From: a virus
Length of the DNA stretch: 64,000 nt
Direction: 5' to 3' (one strand)
IMG/VR virus record: IMGVR_UViG_3300049149_000013
Span: 2,647-66,646 of that record
Shown: piece after piece, positions 58,130-64,000 of the stretch
Layout: the number at the start of each line of letters is the position of its first letter
Position numbering within the stretch: the first letter of the stretch is position 1
Program-made: the position numbers and the translations under genes
Notes under the pieces: generated by a model
Databases searched by the model: none
What the model saw: only the letters and a program-made list of their open reading frames with translations
Told to the model about the DNA's origin: nothing

Positions 58130-58923
58130 GATACTTCAGTAGCTTTAAAGAGGCACATAGACAGCTAACGCAGGACTTCGCAGATCGTGCGTACCTGGTA
58201 CATACCGATAAGTGGCAGGCGCTTCAAATATCTGACAAGCCTGAGATGGCGATGCGAGAGCTGTTCAATGTTAGTTTCTCGGTACCGACGAGGGGTAATG
58301 AGGAGATCGTTTATTGGCAGAAGGACATACTGCCCAACCTGCCTTTCGCTGACCAGCATTTTGAGGAGCGCGTCTCGGGGATCGGTAGTAATCCTGGCAA
58401 GGCTTGGAAGATCTGGCCGTGGGGGCATTCTGCGGACGCGCATCGCACTCAGAACGGGCGATATACGCATACTTACCAGGAGCGGTTCTGGCCGAATAAC
58501 CTAGAGGACGAAGATGCCCGACCAGATGGTATACGCTATCGTTATGGCGATTACGGCGACCTGCTTAATCATCTTCGCATGGACCCTCTTAGTCGTCAAG
58601 CTTATCTTCCGATCTGGTTTCCGGAAGATGGCGCTTGCGATGGCAGAAAGCCGTGTACGCTCGGGTACCACTTCCTTATGCGGCACGATTTCCTCCATCT
58701 CACGTACTACATCCGAAGTTGTGATTTCGTTCGACACTGGCGAGATGATTGCTATCTCGCGGTCCGTTTATTGGTGGAAACCCTCCGAAGGTTACGCGAG
58801 CTGGATAGCGATTGGGGAAGTGTTAAACCGGGATTCTACGTAATGCACATAGTTTCACTTCATATGTTTATCAACGATTATGCAAAAATCCAAAAATCAG
58901 TTCAAAGCATTGCTCTTCGGTGA
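58126..58923 (+). CDS. Thymidylate synthase family enzyme (dNMP C5-transferase / hydroxymethylase-like)
   Basis: HFEERV, TYQERFW, SRQAYLPIW, KPCTLGYHF and YIRSCDFVRHWRDD. Confidence 0.85.
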   Translation: MRYFSSFKEAHRQLTQDFADRAYLVHTDKWQALQISDKPEMAMRELFNVSFSVPTRGNEEIVYWQKDILPNLPFADQHFEERVSGIGSNPGKAWKIWPWGHSADAHRTQNGRYTHTYQERFWPNNLEDEDARPDGIRYRYGDYGDLLNHLRMDPLSRQAYLPIWFPEDGACDGRKPCTLGYHFLMRHDFLHLTYYIRSCDFVRHWRDDCYLAVRLLVETLRRLRELDSDWGSVKPGFYVMHIVSLHMFINDYAKIQKSVQSIALR

Positions 58924-59350
58924 TGATGATCGAGGCTTCTTCCAGGTATGGCAATCTAACGAGCATGAACGCTTGCAAGTATGGGTATTCGGTAAGCGCG
59001 GCTCGACTAAGCTGGTCCGGCAGTTTCGAGTAGAGGACTGGGACCCCGAGATTGAGAGTCTAGATGAAGCTATTGCGATATGTAGGCGTGGGAAGAAGCG
59101 GCGCTGTATTGGGCTACCCAGAACCTACGTCTATCGCGGACCTCTGGACACACTTAGTTCCCGATTACCAGTCACGAAACTACGGTCCCGCGATATTCAG
59201 AATCCTTTGGGATCGAAAGGTGGCAAAGGAGCTAGGATCGATCAGTCAAAGAAGGTATTCGTCAAGGTTAAGGAACTACCTGATACCCGAGGAGTTGGAA
59301 AGAGTATCCGCCAAGCTTCAAAAGGGCGAAGCATCCATAAGGTTCGGTAA
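58880..59350 (+). CDS. Hypothetical protein (overlaps the next gene)
   Basis: Fills the 58923-59064 gap; 3' half overlaps paralog 3. Confidence 0.35.
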   Translation: MQKSKNQFKALLFGDDDRGFFQVWQSNEHERLQVWVFGKRGSTKLVRQFRVEDWDPEIESLDEAIAICRRGKKRRCIGLPRTYVYRGPLDTLSSRLPVTKLRSRDIQNPLGSKGGKGARIDQSKKVFVKVKELPDTRGVGKSIRQASKGRSIHKVR

Positions 59351-59621
59351 CTTAAAGGAAGGTCACGGATATAACGGTGAGCGCGGAGACTTCTGTATGG
59401 TAGCAGGGGTTATTGATCGCAGGCATGCCGTTATGTATTATCGCAGCCTAGAGCTGATAGGAGGATTCGCTTACGACCTTGCATTGCTGGCCTACCTAGA
59501 GGAGACACTTCGATGTAACTGGAAAGATATCACTTTCATAACTCATAAGGCTTTCATATTCGCCCTGAAAGGGAACTCGAATGAGAAGCTTTATCCAAAG
59601 CTTAGAAGAATATTGGACTGA
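59064..59621 (+). CDS. Divergent thymidylate-synthase-fold protein (paralog 3)
   Basis: DFCMVAG...YYRSLELIGGFAYDL. Confidence 0.55.
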   Translation: MKLLRYVGVGRSGAVLGYPEPTSIADLWTHLVPDYQSRNYGPAIFRILWDRKVAKELGSISQRRYSSRLRNYLIPEELERVSAKLQKGEASIRFGNLKEGHGYNGERGDFCMVAGVIDRRHAVMYYRSLELIGGFAYDLALLAYLEETLRCNWKDITFITHKAFIFALKGNSNEKLYPKLRRILD

Positions 59622-59767
59622 CTCTATCCATTTCCTCTTGCAGCGTGGCTGCGCGGTGATATGCGTGAAATTCTATATATGGTTTTGGGGTGCCCTCGTT
59701 GTAGGGTTCCTCTTCGGTTGGATGGCACGAACCCGACTTTGGCATTGGGATGAGGAGGAGAGGCAAC

Positions 59768-60235
59768 ATGACCCAGCAGCACCACCAGAGGACAAGGATC
59801 AGCCGCGATGACGCGCTAATGCAAATCGCGGAACTAATGTCTGAGCGCTCTACGTGTTTAAGATTGCAGGTGGGAGCGCTTGTCGCCCGGGAGGGGCGTA
59901 TTCTTGTGACCGGCTATAACGGCGCACCTTCGGGCGTGCCTCATTGTTCATCCGATACCTGCGGCGAGCGTCTGCCCTGCATCCGAGCAGTTCACGCCGA
60001 GGCTAATTGTATGGCCTTTGCCGCCAAGCACGGTATCCAGCTAGACGGCGCAGAGATGTATACTACCGACTCGCCATGCATAAATTGCGCCCACTTAATC
60101 ATTAACGCTGGGATCGCTTGCGTAACATATATGCGTGAGTACCGGGATAAGTCCCCAATCGACTGGCTGCATATGGCAGGGATTAAGACTCGCTTCCATG
60201 AGTGGGTACTCCAGAAGCGAATGGAACATGACTGA
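59768..60235 (+). CDS. dCMP deaminase
   Basis: RSTC.R.QVGA, TGYNGAPSG, HAEAN and SPCINCA. Confidence 0.92.
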   Translation: MTQQHHQRTRISRDDALMQIAELMSERSTCLRLQVGALVAREGRILVTGYNGAPSGVPHCSSDTCGERLPCIRAVHAEANCMAFAAKHGIQLDGAEMYTTDSPCINCAHLIINAGIACVTYMREYRDKSPIDWLHMAGIKTRFHEWVLQKRMEHD

Positions 60236-62744
60236 TCTTTTTCCAGAAGAGCCACGTCTCTTCGATCATAACTGCAAGCGCTGCCCGCTGCATAAGGGGG
60301 TAAAAAGTGTCTGCATCAAAGGCGACGGTCCTCAGGATGCGGAGGTCATCGTCATCGGAGAAGCGCCGGGAGGACACGAGGATCGTCAGGGAAAACCATT
60401 TGTTGGTCCAAGCGGTCAGCTATTACGGCATGAGCTTAGTAGCGCGGGCTTCAAGTCGGCATACTTCACTAATGTTGTTAAGTGTCGCCCTCCCGGCAAC
60501 CGTGATCCTACCCCTGCTGAGATCAAGTCTTGCCGTCATTACCTGGATGCCGAGCTACTTGCTATCAAAGCGAAGTACATTATTACGGCTGGACGTTTCT
60601 CTAGTAAGAGCGTTCTTAAAAGAGCCAAGATTACTCAGCAACATGGAGAAATCGTTGAACTCAATGGCAAAAGAGGTATGCCGCTTTACCACCCCGCGTA
60701 TTGCCTCAGGGACCCCTCGAAACTTCCCGCATTCAGACAAGACCTTAAACGCCTTCGTAATATCATCGACGAGGTTGCAGTTGGAGAGTTACCTAACTGG
60801 GAGATTATTCAGGACCCCGAAGCCCTCGAAAAGTTCATCCTTAGTTTCCAGGACGCGGAGGAGTTCAGCTACGACCTCGAAACGACGGGCCTATTCCCGT
60901 ACAACCGCAAAGGCGCGATCCGCTGCATCAGCATAGGTCTGGTAGACTGCGCCTATGTAATACCCCTGGAAATGCCAGGATCGATATTCCTCGGCAATCA
61001 CGAAGCGCAAGTGGCTTTCCTCCGATTGCTAGTTCAGATCGCGAACATCACCGAGAAGATAGCCATAGCTCAAAACGGTAAGTTCGATCAGCACTGGCAA
61101 AATCTAGTGCTCGGCTGCCGTTTCGAGCTTCACTTCGATACAATGCTCGCCTCTCACGTTATAGATGAGAACGAGGATCATGATCTCAAATATCTCGCGC
61201 GGAGGTGGCTCGATGCTCCTGATTACGACATACCGAAGAAAGAAAAACAAGGGAAGTTCCTTCACATTCCTGAAAAGCGGCTTGGGTATCTCCGCTATGC
61301 CGCATTTGACGCTGCATACACATTTGCCCTCTTCTGGGTCTTCCGCGAGAAGCTTCTGGAAGATCACGGGGTCCGCAGGCTGTTCTATAAGATCGTCATG
61401 CCCGCCTCCCGCGCGCTTGAGAAGATTGAAAGGCGGGGTCTTACCTTGGACCTCGATAGATATGCGCAGGTTGAAAAGGAAGTACGCAAGGAAAAACAGA
61501 AGGCTCTTGAGAATCTCAATTCGCTTGCTGGTAGGATCAATTGGAACTCTCCGCAGCAGATCCGGAAACTACTATACGAAAACCTCAAGCTTCGGACGAC
61601 TGTTAAGACAGCGAAAGGTCAGCCGAGCACGGGTGAAGACGCTATTGTCGAACTCCGTGCACAGCATCCGGTTGCGGAAGCATTAGTGAAATATCGTGAA
61701 CTGGAGAAATATTATGGCACGTATATCGAAGGCTGGAAAGAGTTTACTCACCAAGGGAGACTATACCTTAGCTATAAAATCCACGGAACCGTTACAGGAC
61801 GATATTCTAGCCGCATTCACCAAGTCCCACGGGATGGAACTATACGCAACCTTATTACTGCCCCAAGGGGATGGCAATTCGCTCAAGCTGACCTTTCCCA
61901 AGCGGAACTTAGGATTGCAGCTGAGCTTTCCCGTGATCTTGAACTCGTTACCTGCTTTCGACCAGGCGGACAAGATGTTCACTGGCGCACATTGCTCTAT
62001 ATGGTGGGGAGCGGGCGCTCCAAAGAATACTACGACCCCGCGATTCGTACCGCTCGGGAGCTAGGTGGTTATGGAAAGCTTAACCTTACTGACGCGATTG
62101 AAATTCTGGGAAAGGCGGGACACTCGAAAGCTATTGAAATATGGAAGCCCTGGAAGGAGGGCCGCAAGAAGGCTAAGGCAATTAACTTCGGATTCGTCTT
62201 TGGGATGTATGAGAATAAGTTCATTCAGCAGGCTAAGACGAAATATCAATGGGACTGCACCTACGAGGAGGCCCAAGCTTTTAGGCAAGCCTATTTTGAA
62301 CTCTATCGTGGCATACCTCCTTGGCATGATAAGCAGAAAGCGCTCGTACGCTCCGATGGTTATGTTCGAAATCTATTCGGGCGGCTGCGTCGTTTACCTG
62401 GGATATATTCGTCGGACAAAGAGCTTCGGTCAGAATGCGAGAGGCAGGCGATCAATGCGCCGGTACAGGGAACTATCGGGGATTGGAAAGCCGCAGCACT
62501 TATTGAGATCGAAGAGTCTATTCCACACGATCAGCTTAGAATCGTCGGGGAGCATCACGATGCTCTTCTCATAATTTTCCGGGATGAGTTCCGTGATTTG
62601 GTATTGCCGCGAGTTCGTGCTATAATGCGCCGGCCAAAGCTTCTTGACATATTTAAGGTGAAAACCGCTGTCCCGATGGATTCTGAAATAGAAATCGGTA
62701 ATTGGGGAGCAGGTAAAGCCTACGAGGATCCACCATGCCAATAA
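60228..62744 (+). CDS. polA: Family A DNA polymerase with an N-terminal uracil-DNA-glycosylase (family 4-like) domain and a 3'-5' exonuclease
   Basis: UDG: CKRC, GEAPG, KCRPPGNR, YHPAY. Exonuclease: DLETT, NGKFD, YAAFD. Polymerase: DLSQAELR, KAINFG, HHDA. Confidence 0.93.
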   Translation: MTDLFPEEPRLFDHNCKRCPLHKGVKSVCIKGDGPQDAEVIVIGEAPGGHEDRQGKPFVGPSGQLLRHELSSAGFKSAYFTNVVKCRPPGNRDPTPAEIKSCRHYLDAELLAIKAKYIITAGRFSSKSVLKRAKITQQHGEIVELNGKRGMPLYHPAYCLRDPSKLPAFRQDLKRLRNIIDEVAVGELPNWEIIQDPEALEKFILSFQDAEEFSYDLETTGLFPYNRKGAIRCISIGLVDCAYVIPLEMPGSIFLGNHEAQVAFLRLLVQIANITEKIAIAQNGKFDQHWQNLVLGCRFELHFDTMLASHVIDENEDHDLKYLARRWLDAPDYDIPKKEKQGKFLHIPEKRLGYLRYAAFDAAYTFALFWVFREKLLEDHGVRRLFYKIVMPASRALEKIERRGLTLDLDRYAQVEKEVRKEKQKALENLNSLAGRINWNSPQQIRKLLYENLKLRTTVKTAKGQPSTGEDAIVELRAQHPVAEALVKYRELEKYYGTYIEGWKEFTHQGRLYLSYKIHGTVTGRYSSRIHQVPRDGTIRNLITAPRGWQFAQADLSQAELRIAAELSRDLELVTCFRPGGQDVHWRTLLYMVGSGRSKEYYDPAIRTARELGGYGKLNLTDAIEILGKAGHSKAIEIWKPWKEGRKKAKAINFGFVFGMYENKFIQQAKTKYQWDCTYEEAQAFRQAYFELYRGIPPWHDKQKALVRSDGYVRNLFGRLRRLPGIYSSDKELRSECERQAINAPVQGTIGDWKAAALIEIEESIPHDQLRIVGEHHDALLIIFRDEFRDLVLPRVRAIMRRPKLLDIFKVKTAVPMDSEIEIGNWGAGKAYEDPPCQ

Positions 62745-63706
62745 CCGGCTTTTCAATGGTCAAAAGCTACCGTCGGTGCCCGAAACAGTATGAGTACAAG
62801 TACATTCAAAATCTCCAGCGCATTATGCCTCCTCCTCCTCTTATCAGGGGTAGTATTATTCACGAGATACTGGATATGCGAGCTGTACCGGGAGGGACAA
62901 AGGGGTACAAGAGCGTGCTCACCAAGTACGAGGAGAAATACGGCACCCTGTTCAAAGAGGAGCAGGAGATGTACGGGGATGACTTTCTGGCGAACATTGA
63001 ACGGGTCTATCAAGGTTATCTTCGGGAGTGGGACGATACGGACCTCGAATATATGTCATCAGAAGAGTTTATTTCTACGCCGCTCGTGGGTGACATCCTC
63101 TTCCAAGGTCATATCGATAAACGAATATTCAAAGATGGGCGTATGTGGGTTATGGACCACAAGACGCACAAGAACATCCCTACGGAGGAACAGAGGTTTA
63201 ACGACTACCAGCTCCTGATGTACGTATGGGCGTATAACCGTGAGCACCCTAAAGATAAAGTTGACGGGGTTATTTGGGACTATATTCGCACTAAGCCCCC
63301 GACGATTCCAGAGGTACTTCAGAAGGGTGGCCTATCGCAAGCGAAGAATATTGATACGGATGTTTATACGTACACCAAGGAACTCGTTAGGCATCGACTT
63401 GACCAGAAACCGTACAGAGTCTTCCTCGCAGAACTCGCCAAAAGGTCTCGGGGGAAGTTTTATCAGAGAGTATATCTCCCAGCTCCTACGAAGGCGATGA
63501 TGGAGCAGGTAGTTCAGGACTTCGCGCAGTCGTCTCAGATCATGCATGGCCTCGGGATCTATCCGCGTAGTCCCTCGCGCGAATGCAGCTGGTGTGAGTA
63601 TTACCGGATCTGTAATGCCGAGCTTCGCGGCCTGGACCACAAGTTTATCCGTGAGTCTGAATATAAGGTTGAAGAGGTGAGCGGTGATACCGCCGAGGAG
63701 GATTAA
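62735..63706 (+). CDS. Cas4-like / PD-(D/E)XK exonuclease
   Basis: RCP...GSIIHEIL, GHID...DHKT, QLLMY and CSWCEYY..C. Confidence 0.85.
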   Translation: MPITGFSMVKSYRRCPKQYEYKYIQNLQRIMPPPPLIRGSIIHEILDMRAVPGGTKGYKSVLTKYEEKYGTLFKEEQEMYGDDFLANIERVYQGYLREWDDTDLEYMSSEEFISTPLVGDILFQGHIDKRIFKDGRMWVMDHKTHKNIPTEEQRFNDYQLLMYVWAYNREHPKDKVDGVIWDYIRTKPPTIPEVLQKGGLSQAKNIDTDVYTYTKELVRHRLDQKPYRVFLAELAKRSRGKFYQRVYLPAPTKAMMEQVVQDFAQSSQIMHGLGIYPRSPSRECSWCEYYRICNAELRGLDHKFIRESEYKVEEVSGDTAEED

Positions 63707-63895
63707 TGGGTCCATCAGTAGGGGATGTTTGGACGGTAAGGGTTTTCCTAAGTAACGACCCCCGTTTGAAGATCCTGAAGATCGTAGCGTTTATGAACCT
63801 ATCAGTGCAGTGCATCGATATGGAGGAAGGCAAGACCGTATGGTATAGCAAGTCCGACCTCCAGTTCTTCGATCTGCTGGAAAGGGTAGCAGCCA

Positions 63896-64000
63896 ATGAA
63901 GAAGTTGATACGCAAGGGCAACGGGGTAGCCAGCCGAATCAAACCCCTGGAAGAGGTAGACTCACCAGTCACGATGCTGGCGTACGGACAGTCGGGAACG
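63896..64000 (+). CDS. AAA ATPase (Sak4-like), 3' truncated
   Basis: MKKLIRK...TMLAYGQSGT runs into the window end at a Walker A start; follows the exonuclease. Confidence 0.6.
   Translation, partial: MKKLIRKGNGVASRIKPLEEVDSPVTMLAYGQSGT

Larger units (their letters stand above)
1..64000. mobile_element. Tailed dsDNA bacteriophage genome segment (podovirus-like)
   Basis: TerS, TerL, portal, scaffold, MCP, tail and ejection proteins, PolA and primase are present; genes are densely packed in two divergent arms; no host housekeeping genes seen. Confidence 0.97.

Noticed and set aside
62735-63706. Cas4 as evidence of a CRISPR-Cas system
   Set aside because: A standalone Cas4-like exonuclease next to PolA and an AAA ATPase is a normal phage recombination gene; no array or other cas genes are present.
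63706-64000. ORF starting at 63706 and open to the window end
   Set aside because: It may be a small real gene, but it has no stop in the window, overlaps the AAA ATPase frame and shows no recognisable motif.
1-64000. tRNA genes, introns or inteins, and alternative genetic code
   Set aside because: No cloverleaf or T-loop pattern was noticed; TerL and PolA are of normal length and uninterrupted; genes read through in the standard code with all three stop codons in use.

Overview
The window is most of a tailed dsDNA phage genome with a P22/T7-like, short-tailed (podovirus-type) layout, cut at both ends inside replication genes: a SNF2-like helicase C-terminus at 3-287 and an AAA ATPase N-terminus at 63896-64000. 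A long minus-strand late arm (44.9 kb down to 4.06 kb) carries TerS, a fibre cluster, TerL, portal, an Acb2/Tad1-like protein, GroES, scaffold, capsid, adaptor, tail proteins and large internal/ejection proteins. A plus-strand arm (45.6-64 kb, continuing at 0-4 kb) carries small early genes, CsrA, a nucleotide-modification cluster, a UDG-fused family A DNA polymerase, a Cas4-like exonuclease, a GT2-sulfotransferase fusion and two PEP-CTERM proteins; a primase-helicase gene lies on the minus strand within it. The most unusual signals are: (1) a [MFYLHR]-[AQ]-x-G-G motif repeated about 30 times across the internal virion proteins, suggesting a Gly-Gly processing or packaging code, together with a tape-measure-type 'GPGDGTSDNIPAQLSDGEY' domain and a frameshifted ART-like cargo domain; (2) three thymidylate-synthase-fold paralogs, all with Asp at the position that specifies dCMP, pointing to an uncharacterised pyrimidine modification; (3) a control region with sigma54-type promoters, a repeated TTTCACTTA box and a dispersed ~100-bp element family. 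All functional calls come from motif recognition by eye; no database searches were run. No integrase, endolysin, tRNA or CRISPR array was recognised.
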